Source of the DNA: a virus
Lineage: Duplodnaviria; Caudoviricetes
Reading direction: 5' to 3' (one strand)
Length of the DNA: 30,045 nucleotides
IMG/VR virus record: IMGVR_UViG_3300035493_000070
Location: 1 to 30,045 of that record
Position numbers and translations under genes: made by a program. The notes beneath the pieces are model-generated. The model did no database searches. It was not told where the DNA came from and saw only the letters and a program-made list of their open reading frames with translations. Of this stretch, positions 9,027 through 17,149 are shown piece by piece. Numbering within the stretch: the stretch's first letter is position 1; every line of letters starts with the position of its first letter.

Positions 9027-9244
9027 GCTTTTGTCACATCTCCCCACCCGTTCTGCGAACGACCCATGTCCCCCTTTTTGCAATCCCCGATTCTGATTTC
9101 CCGTTTTGGAAAAACGGAAATCAGCGACTCCCTTTCATGGGCCTTCGGCCCATAACACTCGTCGGCGCCGAGGCGCTGAATGACGCCGTTGCTACGCAAC
9201 GTCGTAAGTCTTTGTTTAGTGAACACTAACCGGAGGGATTCACC

Positions 9245-9433
9245 ATGTTCATTACTACACAAGACAAAACTCAAATGTATACCAACCTAGTCAATGACGG
9301 TTGGACTCCAATCGACGAACTAACGCTAGAGCAAAACGGCGTTATGGGCAACGAAGAATTCAAGTCAATTGTTAAGTTTGAACCAGTAGACGGCGGCTTC
9401 GACGTCGACTTCGACATGGAGATGTCAGCATGA
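9245..9433 (+). CDS. Small acidic early protein
   Basis: GGAGGG RBS; ATGA-coupled to the next ORF. Confidence 0.75.
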   Translation: MFITTQDKTQMYTNLVNDGWTPIDELTLEQNGVMGNEEFKSIVKFEPVDGGFDVDFDMEMSA

Positions 9434-9618
9434 AGAACACGTACGTAGAACGAGTAGTAAAGACTGTCATCGCGACTCCAACGCGTGAGACGCCAATGCA
9501 ACTGGAAGTAGTTCTCCCGGACGGAAGCAGCCAGTTCTTACACCGAACAGCAACTATGGCACAAGTCGCCAGTTTCATGGCGCATCACAACGTACGCAGA
9601 CTGGAGGTAGTACGATGA
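9430..9618 (+). CDS. Small hypothetical early protein
   Basis: GGAG RBS; ATGA overlaps at both ends. Confidence 0.72.
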   Translation: MKNTYVERVVKTVIATPTRETPMQLEVVLPDGSSQFLHRTATMAQVASFMAHHNVRRLEVVR

Positions 9619-9767
9619 AATTCCAAATTAAACCCGAAGAGGGCATTGCCTACGGACTAATCGGCTTAGGGCTACTGTTTGCCCTAATCCAACACCCGCT
9701 GGTAGCAATAGTGGCAGGTGTAGCTCTGCTATTCAAAGACAAAGTCAAAGATCACTTCACCAAGTAA
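9615..9767 (+). CDS. Small membrane protein, 50 aa (MKFQIKPEEGIAYGLIGLGLLFALIQHPLVAIVAGVALLFKDKVKDHFTK)
   Basis: GGAGG RBS, ATGA coupling, two hydrophobic segments. Below the ORF-track cutoff. Confidence 0.72.
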   Translation: MKFQIKPEEGIAYGLIGLGLLFALIQHPLVAIVAGVALLFKDKVKDHFTK

Positions 9768-9849
9768 ACGAATGCCCGCTTCCTACGGAAGACGGGCGTT
9801 TCTACGTTTAGCGAGCAATCTCGCTCGTGAAAATACTGGAGATTTAACC

Positions 9850-10569
9850 ATGAAAACTTACAACGAAACTGTTAACACCTTAGCACAACGTCAACTAATC
9901 AACGCATGCGCATTTGCAGTGCGCATGGCCAAGAAGAAAGGTAGCGGTGAAAGCGCAGAAGAAGTCAAGCTAGCTATCGCGGACGCCTACTCATGGGCGC
10001 CGTGGGTAAGTGAGACGGTCAACACATTGACGCCTGAAATCGGCTGGCCGACTCTTAGCGAAATCCTTAGCGGTAAAGCAGAGACGCCCGCTAAAGATAT
10101 AGAAGCAAGTGACGAAGTCATCGACTTCCTATTCGCAGAGCAAACGTACAACGTGTGGAACACGGCGTACTGGTTCGCAAAAGCGTTTGACGGTCTTGGC
10201 TTCCAGACACCTGTCAAAGACTTCAACATGGTGCTGAACACGCTGTCTCTTCACATCGACGACGACATGCTGGAGCAAGAGTACAACGGCACCAACATCC
10301 GTGAATTTGAAGAAAAGACGCAGAAGAGCATCGAGCGTCAAGAGTTCTTGCAGTTGTTCATGAGTCGTCTTATGGACAGCAAATACGCGGGCGTACTCGC
10401 GCAGATTCATGAACAAATCGTCGAATCGCATCAAAAGCTGCTAGACGAGCAGCGGGCCGAAGAAGCTCGCAAGACGGCACGTGTAGCGAGCCAGCTGTTC
10501 GGAAAAGATTTTGAGTTCCAAGCGCCAGCCGCTAAGAAAGCAAAAGTACCCGAAATTAACATCCAATAG
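9850..10569 (+). CDS. Hypothetical early protein (start MKTYNE)
   Basis: GGAG RBS before ATG 9850; 239 aa open frame. Confidence 0.8.
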   Translation: MKTYNETVNTLAQRQLINACAFAVRMAKKKGSGESAEEVKLAIADAYSWAPWVSETVNTLTPEIGWPTLSEILSGKAETPAKDIEASDEVIDFLFAEQTYNVWNTAYWFAKAFDGLGFQTPVKDFNMVLNTLSLHIDDDMLEQEYNGTNIREFEEKTQKSIERQEFLQLFMSRLMDSKYAGVLAQIHEQIVESHQKLLDEQRAEEARKTARVASQLFGKDFEFQAPAAKKAKVPEINIQ

Positions 10570-10579
10570 GAAGAGCAAC

Positions 10580-10729
10580 ATGGAAGACGTCATCGATTTC
10601 TATTACAACGGTGCCGTCCAATACGTAGAGTATTGGGCGGAAGACGGTCACCGCTCGGATCTAGCGGACTACCGCTACGATCCCCTCGAAGTCCTAATCG
10701 CGGAAGAAGAAGACCGCGAGTATCAATAA
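10580..10729 (+). CDS. Small acidic hypothetical protein (MEDVIDFYY...)
   Basis: AGGAAGAG upstream; followed by a terminator. Confidence 0.65.
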   Translation: MEDVIDFYYNGAVQYVEYWAEDGHRSDLADYRYDPLEVLIAEEEDREYQ

Positions 10730-10735
10730 CAACTC

Positions 10736-10757
10736 CCCGCCGCAAGGCGGGTTTTTT
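10736..10757 (+). terminator. Rho-independent terminator
   Basis: CCCGCC-GCAA-GGCGGG followed by TTTTTT. Confidence 0.9.
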
Positions 10758-10777
10758 GTATTACAGAGACAGAACTC

Positions 10778-10885
10778 ATGGCAACTTACAATTCAACCTG
10801 CAAACACACATACGTAGGCACACCGTGCAAACACAAACTTCTCAACTACCTGCGCTACTACCTACTGGGCGGTAAGCGCATCTAG
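10778..10885 (+). CDS. Possible 35-aa peptide (MATYNSTCKHTYVGTPCKHKLLNYLRYYLLGGKRI)
   Basis: Short ORF with a weak GAGA RBS. Confidence 0.4.
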   Translation: MATYNSTCKHTYVGTPCKHKLLNYLRYYLLGGKRI

Positions 10886-10980
10886 CCTCGCGCCTTCGGC
10901 GCTCGGCGGGCGGTTGACGATAGATGGCCACAGAACGAGCGTAAAGCGCCCTACATTCAACGATCATCATCTAGAGGTAC

Positions 10981-11244
10981 ATGGACATGGAAATTCTAAT
11001 TATCGGCGTAGCATCAGCGTTTAATTTCCTCATCGTTAAGTGGAAGTTAGAGCACGAGAGATACGCTGACGTTGCGTACGACGTCATTGTGTTGTTATCG
11101 CTAGGCTACCTTTTTGGCGGCACGCTCGGCGGCATGACGATCGCTATGGTTGCATCGACGTTAGTATCTCTTCACCTGATGAGATACCCTCCGAAAAAAC
11201 CGATGTGGGACAGGAATCTTAAGAAAATTGTATGGGTTGAGTAG
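10981..11244 (+). CDS. Small multi-pass membrane protein
   Basis: GAGG RBS; three hydrophobic segments. Confidence 0.75.
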   Translation: MDMEILIIGVASAFNFLIVKWKLEHERYADVAYDVIVLLSLGYLFGGTLGGMTIAMVASTLVSLHLMRYPPKKPMWDRNLKKIVWVE

Positions 11245-11328
11245 AAGTGCGTATATTGACAAATGGCTTAGTTGTTGATCTAAGTTTTTTGTCGCTTTGC
11301 ACGCTCATGCGAGTAGTTTTAGCGCCGC

Positions 11329-11725
11329 TTCTGCGACGAGAAACACTCTCCTGCGACGAAAACAGCCCTAACTGCGACGAAAACACCCCTAACTGCGACG
11401 GAAAAAACACCGAAATCTCGGTTTCAAGGGCTTTATTTTAAAAACGTCACATCCGTCGCAGAAGCGACGTCTTATCGCAGCCAGAAAACACCTTTCCCCC
11501 AACACACATATAAATACTAAAAGCACCACCTAATTGGCATGCGCTCCTGCGACAAATGCGACGAAATCGACAAAACCCCCCGTGGTTACGGGCTTTTAGC
11601 CTAAAAAACGACCTCTCTCTTCTGCGACCTGTCTGCGACGCTTGCGACGAAATCGACAAAACCCCCCGTGGTTACGCGATTCCCCGTCGCAGGAAAAAAG
11701 TCGCGTTTCTGCGACGAGAAACACT
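11329..11725. repeat. TGCGAC(G) iteron-like array, putative replication origin
   Basis: About 12 copies of TGCGAC in both orientations. Four are phased at 11331, 11351, 11372 and 11393. A 34-bp direct repeat lies at 11557 and 11643, and a 19-bp repeat at 11329 and 11707. Confidence 0.8.
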
Positions 11726-11805
11726 ACCCAAACAAACTTAATCCACTCATAAAAATCTTTAGGGCAATAAAATGAAAAAATTTATCACCGTGGAGATACA
11801 GTAGA

Positions 11806-13164
11806 ATGAACATCCTCATTAGCCCTCCAACCAAAGACATTATGTTTAAACTGCTCCCTGCTGAAGAACAAACACGGATGCTTAGAGAACTTGATGGTTT
11901 TTTACCCATCATGTCAGTTTTCAATCGTACGCAGTGCAACCTATCGAACCGGTGGAGCGCATTGGAATCAAGCCGCCGCGCTTTGGCGGAAAAACTAGAT
12001 AATTACGCGATAATGGAATTGGGTATTGGTGCGTTCCACGACCCCATCACCGCCGCCGCAGACGCGGCCGCACACCACCGCCGTAGTCGTATACGCACAA
12101 TCGACCGACTGGGTAAAGAATCCTATCAAGACTTATGCAAACTGCTGGCGCAATATGACGCCGGCGAAGCCGCAGTCGACGACGTACAAAACCGCATCTA
12201 TCACGAGTGGTTATCATCCTACCATTCATATTGCCCCGACTTCCCGTCGGATACAACTGAAAGACTGGCGCACATGGGCGCCATCGTATACGTCGATTAT
12301 TCGATCGACACGGACGGGTATTGCCCTAACAAATACTATCTATCCGGCTATGAGCCAGATGAAGTCGACCCGACCACTGGTGCCGTGGAGAAACTACCCG
12401 GCGATGATGGATATCTGCGTGATTACCACGATTACACGTGCCGGGCACTGCCCGGAACCGACCACTCTACGGCCACCTACGGCGTAGAATTGGAGTTATA
12501 CCATGACGACCGACGCAACGAGATTGGCGCCGCCATCCGCCACCTAGACGGCGTGCGCGCCTGTAAAGACGGTTCATTGGACGATTACCGCGGGGCCGAA
12601 GTCGTCACCGACTACGGCAACTTAGACCCACTGCGCGCACACTTAGCAAAAGTCGTAAGCGCGCTGAAAGACAATAACGTCTACGCCCCACGCGATACCG
12701 ACTACGGCCTGCACGTCCACCGAAGCCATGAAGACCTCGGTATCCGCGGATTAGTCCGACTATTCAATCTCATGAACGATTTAATAGACAGCTCATTCCT
12801 GTCTAAAATCGCTGGCCGATGCACCACCTCCTATGCCGCACGTATGGACGAAAGCGACATCCGCCACGTACTGCGCTACGGTAAGCCGTCCGAACGCTAT
12901 AAGGTCATCAACGTAACAGACTGTACGGTGGAGTTCCGTATGTTCCACACCACGATGAACGACGAGCGCCTAGCGTACCGCCTAGAGTTCGTGAAAGCGT
13001 CCTGTGAATTCGTCAAGGTGCGCGGTGTAGGGCTTAAGCCACGCACGAACGACTTCATCGACTGGGCATTCAAACGCAAAGAGGACTACCCGGCCTTGAT
13101 GACATTCATCAACACTAACTGGCACACTGCGAAAGAGTTCTACGCCAAGCGTCGTGCCGCTTAA
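11806..13164 (+). CDS. Putative amidoligase (COOH-NH2 ligase, Amidoligase_2-like); start uncertain
   Basis: 'YGVELE', 'DGSL...GAEVVT', 'GLHVH', 'RYKVIN', 'TVEFRMF'. Confidence 0.8.
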   Translation: MNILISPPTKDIMFKLLPAEEQTRMLRELDGFLPIMSVFNRTQCNLSNRWSALESSRRALAEKLDNYAIMELGIGAFHDPITAAADAAAHHRRSRIRTIDRLGKESYQDLCKLLAQYDAGEAAVDDVQNRIYHEWLSSYHSYCPDFPSDTTERLAHMGAIVYVDYSIDTDGYCPNKYYLSGYEPDEVDPTTGAVEKLPGDDGYLRDYHDYTCRALPGTDHSTATYGVELELYHDDRRNEIGAAIRHLDGVRACKDGSLDDYRGAEVVTDYGNLDPLRAHLAKVVSALKDNNVYAPRDTDYGLHVHRSHEDLGIRGLVRLFNLMNDLIDSSFLSKIAGRCTTSYAARMDESDIRHVLRYGKPSERYKVINVTDCTVEFRMFHTTMNDERLAYRLEFVKASCEFVKVRGVGLKPRTNDFIDWAFKRKEDYPALMTFINTNWHTAKEFYAKRRAA

Positions 13165-13206
13165 TTAGTCCTACTAACAACCACAACCATAAAAGGAACC
13201 TCAACC

Positions 13207-14148
13207 ATGTGTATTCTCATCGAACAAATGCAAAACCAACACTTCACATTCCCGCAGATTAAAGACTTCTACGAAAACAACCCGGACGGATTCGGTGCAA
13301 TCGACCCGACCACTGGTACCGTGGAGAAACTACCCGGCGGTGATGTCAAACGCATCTGGCGCCTATATAAAGAGCAGTATGCCGGTAAACACTGCATCCT
13401 ACACTTCCGATTGGCCACGTCCGGGGCGCATGACTTGGCGAACGTCCACCCGTTCAACGTAGGAAAGACCGACTGGGTTCTGTTCCACAACGGCGTGCTT
13501 TCAAACGACCTATGGGGTCAGCACACTAAAGGCAAGAAAGACAGCCGAAACGACACCCGCATTTATATCGACCACTACATCAAGCCGCTAATCACGGCGG
13601 GCGTTCACCCGAAAAGTGACCTGTTCAAAGACCTAGTGGGTCGTGACATCGGCCATAACAACAAATTCATCCTAGTCAACCGCAAGACCGCCGAGATTGT
13701 CTGCGTCAACCGCTCGTCCGGCATCTACGTGGCCGAGTTCAACGGGTCGTGGATGTCGAACACCTACGCTTGGGATGCCGCGCTGTATGGCTATGGGTAC
13801 AAGGCCCGCACACTGTATAGCTGGGGCAACACCGGCGACATCTGCACCCCTAAAGCCTCGACCGGGTTTAAATATGACGACTACGAGGAGTTATACGAGG
13901 ACGCCTATGTACCGAACCGTTCAGACTATATCGGCGACGTATCCGAGTATAAAGACTACGGCGACACCCAGCACGCCGACATCTTGGAGCGCGTGAAAAT
14001 CATCGAGGACGGTAACATCGGCGACTATCTAATCCTGATTGATGGTGACGTGTTCGACGAGTACAAATTCAAAGACGACGCCGAGTATTTCTACGACTTG
14101 CTAACGCATAGCCGCACCGCGTTTGAAGAAGCGTGCGAATTGATGTGA
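13207..14148 (+). CDS. Class II (Ntn) glutamine amidotransferase
   Basis: Met-Cys start, 'NPDGFG', 'HFRLATSG', 'NVHPF', 'HNG', 'DT'. AGGA RBS. Confidence 0.88.
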   Translation: MCILIEQMQNQHFTFPQIKDFYENNPDGFGAIDPTTGTVEKLPGGDVKRIWRLYKEQYAGKHCILHFRLATSGAHDLANVHPFNVGKTDWVLFHNGVLSNDLWGQHTKGKKDSRNDTRIYIDHYIKPLITAGVHPKSDLFKDLVGRDIGHNNKFILVNRKTAEIVCVNRSSGIYVAEFNGSWMSNTYAWDAALYGYGYKARTLYSWGNTGDICTPKASTGFKYDDYEELYEDAYVPNRSDYIGDVSEYKDYGDTQHADILERVKIIEDGNIGDYLILIDGDVFDEYKFKDDAEYFYDLLTHSRTAFEEACELM

Positions 14149-14174
14149 CCCGCTATAAACCGGAGAGGACGAGC

Positions 14175-15284
14175 ATGAGAACCTACACATTGCGCGACGG
14201 CCGGCGCATCAACGGCCTAGTAGACCACCTAAAAGACGTCCTCGGAGTTGATATAGGGGAACCTCATGACTATCGCATCATCCTACCATACAACGCCGAG
14301 GTGCTGGAGTGGTTGAACGTGGACGCGGGCACGATTAGATGGGTGAGCGGTGATGCCCCTGCCGACTATAACTGCGGCGTCGACGAGGGCGAACCATTGG
14401 TATTGTTCTACGACACCGCAACCCATATGACACGCATGGTTAAGAACTCCACCACGGCGTACCCAGACCCCGGCACTATCCGAAGTGACATGGGACTAAA
14501 GGATGTCGTACCAAGGTGGCCGGATGCGTTCCTATCAGATGACCAAACACCCGTGCCAGCAGACGGTGAATGGCGGACACCGCACGGTGACTTGCCCGCG
14601 TACCGCGAGATGCTGGCGGCTATGGGTGCGACGTGGGCCAATGGTGAGAGCCTGACGGATACCCAGTTGCAGTATGGCCACCTGCGTATCACTCGAAAAG
14701 ATGGCAAGCTGACTGTCAATTACTTCTACAACGACATCCAAGCACTGAAAAGTGACTTGCCGTTGTTCGACGAGATTAAACTGCGCCGCCTACCGGGTAA
14801 TATCGAGGAGTTGAAAGCGGCCCTACGTGATGGGCGTACGTTCTACTTCAAGACGGAAGACAGTAGTTTCCCGTATATGCACCTGACTTATAACCCGAGC
14901 ACGGAAAACTACCTGTATGCGGACACGTCCACGGATTATTTGAAGCCGTACACACACATGGCGATTATCAGTGGGCTGTTCGGTTGGATTACGCAACATA
15001 ACTACACGACCAACTGTCGTGGTGTGGACGTACTACTGAACCTGACTGAAACCACACCACATACGATAACAGTTGAATCATCCGCGTGGTATAAAAACCG
15101 CGATAACTTCCCGCTACTATGCCAAACGCTCCACGACCTGTCGGGCTGCCTAACCGTACAAATCGTACGTGGATATGACGCGGAACAGGACTGCTTCCAC
15201 TGCATATTACCGGACGGCACGGTGTTCTATGTCAACGACGCCGCGCCAGTTGACCCCTCGTCCTACCGCTTACGCACTGCGTAA
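14175..15284 (+). CDS. Hypothetical protein (start MRTYTL)
   Basis: GAGGA RBS and a long open frame; no motif recognised. Confidence 0.75.
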   Translation: MRTYTLRDGRRINGLVDHLKDVLGVDIGEPHDYRIILPYNAEVLEWLNVDAGTIRWVSGDAPADYNCGVDEGEPLVLFYDTATHMTRMVKNSTTAYPDPGTIRSDMGLKDVVPRWPDAFLSDDQTPVPADGEWRTPHGDLPAYREMLAAMGATWANGESLTDTQLQYGHLRITRKDGKLTVNYFYNDIQALKSDLPLFDEIKLRRLPGNIEELKAALRDGRTFYFKTEDSSFPYMHLTYNPSTENYLYADTSTDYLKPYTHMAIISGLFGWITQHNYTTNCRGVDVLLNLTETTPHTITVESSAWYKNRDNFPLLCQTLHDLSGCLTVQIVRGYDAEQDCFHCILPDGTVFYVNDAAPVDPSSYRLRTA

Positions 15285-15426
15285 CCGGCCGACACCGTTC
15301 AGGTGTCAACTCTATCGGTCTGGCCTTAAGCTATACCGATAGCACCCCATTTTTACCTCGTGGTTGAGTGTAGAAAAGGTTGGCCCGCACCTTCGGTTGA
15401 AAAGCGGGCACCACATTCCCCTACTG

Positions 15427-15454
15427 ACCGGCGCACGTACGCCGGTTATTTTTT
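15427..15454 (+). terminator. Rho-independent terminator
   Basis: ACCGGCG-CACGTA-CGCCGGT followed by TATTTTTT. Confidence 0.85.
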
Positions 15455-15478
15455 GCCTAGAGATTAGGAGTGCTAACC

Positions 15479-15776
15479 ATGAAATATAAACTACCACATG
15501 AACATCGTCGCGATGAATTGAAGCATCAGCTGACAGTGGCGGCCGTAGATTTGTGTTACGTTGGTTCTCGGATAACGTAACACAAAACTACGCAAAGACT
15601 CTACCACTGGTGTACGTGGTATTGGTTGGCATAAAGCAACCCAGAAGTGGATTGCTACCATTCGTGCCAACAACAAGACCTTCTACTTAGGGGTATTTAG
15701 TACGTTGCTTGACGCCGTAGCCGCGAGGCTCCGAGCGGAGCGACTCTATGATTTCATGCCGACTAGGGTGCAGTAA
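15479..15776 (+). pseudogene. HNH-AP2 endonuclease remnant: 33-aa N-terminus plus out-of-frame AP2 domain
   Basis: AGGAG RBS and MKYKLP...RIT* (15479-15580). The +1 frame 15576-15776 reads RNTKLRKDSTTGVRGIGWHKATQKWIATIRANNKTFYLGVFSTLLDAVAARLRAERLYDF, an AP2-type domain with no start codon at its N-terminus. Confidence 0.75.
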
Positions 15777-15820
15777 GCACCGCAGACCTAGCCGGCTTCG
15801 TACTATAAGGAGTGCATATC

Positions 15821-16174
15821 ATGAGTGCATTAAGACGACACGTCAGAAAGATTATCGACAATAACATCGACAGCTACGACAACCCGCAGGACTTCTTCAA
15901 CGACCTACAACAGCACGGCTGTGTGTCGGGGATGATTAGCGAGTTGGTGTATCACGCCGACACGGTGCTGTTCTTCAAGAAGCACAACAAAGAGATTAAC
16001 GAACTGCTGGTGGAGGCACTGGAGAGTACCGGTAGCCTGTGTCCAGTTGGTTTGTTCGGTGACAAGTGGGACGCGGAAGACCCGCTCGCACTAGGGGTCA
16101 CTAACCGCAACCTGTTAGCGTGGTTCGCGTTCGAGGAAGTAGCTTACCACATCGGCGAGGAGTGGAATAACTAA
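15821..16174 (+). CDS. Acidic phage hypothetical protein (HGCVSG...ELVY...LAWFAFEE type)
   Basis: TAAGGAG RBS; 117 aa. Confidence 0.8.
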   Translation: MSALRRHVRKIIDNNIDSYDNPQDFFNDLQQHGCVSGMISELVYHADTVLFFKKHNKEINELLVEALESTGSLCPVGLFGDKWDAEDPLALGVTNRNLLAWFAFEEVAYHIGEEWNN

Positions 16175-16187
16175 CCAAACCAACCTT

Positions 16188-16336
16188 GCCTGCCGGGGTA
16201 TTTATAAACGCAATCGCAAAGTCGCTAGGTGGCAGGCCGTGACCATCCAACTTACAACAGGAGCACCGAGTGTACTAAAAACCACGGCAATGCGTTTTTA
16301 GTTTGAATCTTTTGGCGGGTCGTTCCCGCCCTTTTT
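16188..16336 (+). ncRNA. Putative structured RNA, copy A, ending in an intrinsic terminator
   Basis: Intergenic. Stems GCCTGCC/GGCAGGC and ACTAAAAA/TTTTTAGT; terminator GGCGGG/CCCGCC plus T-run. Second copy at 22670. Confidence 0.6.
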
Positions 16337-16347
16337 ATGGAGTGAAT

Positions 16348-16623
16348 ATGAGTAAACCGATATACCACCCCGGAGATTACATGATCCGCTATTACGATAG
16401 CGAGGATAGACATATCCAATCAGAACACGTCGACGGATGCAGACAAGAGGCCATCGAGAGAGCACATGAACGCATGGCCAAGGACATCCAAGGTTACATT
16501 AAAAGCGTCAAGGTCTTGTATGTAGTATACGACAGCAGATACAACGCACATACCCCACGCGAACGCAAACCATACCGCACTGATACAGGCGGGTTTAGTT
16601 GCAGTACAGGAGAACAAAGATGA
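16348..16623 (+). CDS. Hypothetical protein (start MSKPIY)
   Basis: GGAG RBS after the terminator. Confidence 0.7.
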   Translation: MSKPIYHPGDYMIRYYDSEDRHIQSEHVDGCRQEAIERAHERMAKDIQGYIKSVKVLYVVYDSRYNAHTPRERKPYRTDTGGFSCSTGEQR

Positions 16624-17072
16624 AAACAATCACTCTAACTGACGAGCAGTGGGAAATCCTACAGTCAGGAGAACCAATCACTATCGAACCGCCAAAGCCG
16701 AAGCACTGGAAACCGCAGGCCGGCGAATGGTACGTAAGCGCTACAGGTGTAGCCTGCCCCACTAACGAGCTACTTGACCCGACCAAGGAATCCGCAAGAC
16801 AGCACGGCCTAATTTACACCCGTCAAGAGCACGCACAAATGGCCGCCAAAGCAATGCGCACATTCAACCGCCTACTGGTGTACAAGACGGAGCATGACCC
16901 GTATTACACATTCAAATTTGATAGAGTGAACTGGTTTATACACCAAACCTCTAGCGGTTCATGGATAGCGGCAAACCACACCGCCATGCAGAACCCAACT
17001 ACGGTGTATATGTCGAAAAACGTGGCTACGCGACTAGCGGAGCGATTGAACAGCGGCGAGGTGCAACTATGA
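16620..17072 (+). CDS. Hypothetical protein (start MKTITL)
   Basis: AGGAG RBS; ATGA coupling. Confidence 0.78.
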   Translation: MKTITLTDEQWEILQSGEPITIEPPKPKHWKPQAGEWYVSATGVACPTNELLDPTKESARQHGLIYTRQEHAQMAAKAMRTFNRLLVYKTEHDPYYTFKFDRVNWFIHQTSSGSWIAANHTAMQNPTTVYMSKNVATRLAERLNSGEVQL

Positions 17073-17083
17073 ACATTAAACCT

Positions 17084-17111
17084 TTGCCGAAATACAACTA
17101 GTAGTTATAAT
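17084..17111 (+). promoter_or_regulatory. Promoter for primase-helicase with overlapping 17-bp site (17093-17109)
   Basis: TTGCCG-16 nt-TATAAT, containing TACAACTAGTAGTTATA. Confidence 0.7.
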
Positions 17112-17149
17112 CGTGGATAAACTTTCTCGAACAAAGACATGAGGATATC

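Noticed and set aside
8978-9274. ORFs 8978-9274 (-) and 8996-9229 (+)
   Set aside because: They run through repeat and hairpin DNA and have no convincing RBS; likely spurious.
11329-11410. Repeats as a mini-CRISPR array
   Set aside because: The period is only 20-21 bp, the intervening sequences resemble each other rather than being unique spacers, and no cas genes are present.
11219-11741. Short ORFs across the TGCGAC array
   Set aside because: Translations simply mirror the DNA repeat (CDEN...) and lack an RBS.
12365-13345. 45-bp repeat as a DGR template/variable repeat pair
   Set aside because: It is too short, the two mismatches go in opposite directions (G/A and A/G), and there is no reverse transcriptase in the window.
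15821-16174. Acidic protein as an Ocr-type DNA mimic
   Set aside because: Size and acidity fit loosely, but I see no sequence similarity to T7 Ocr.
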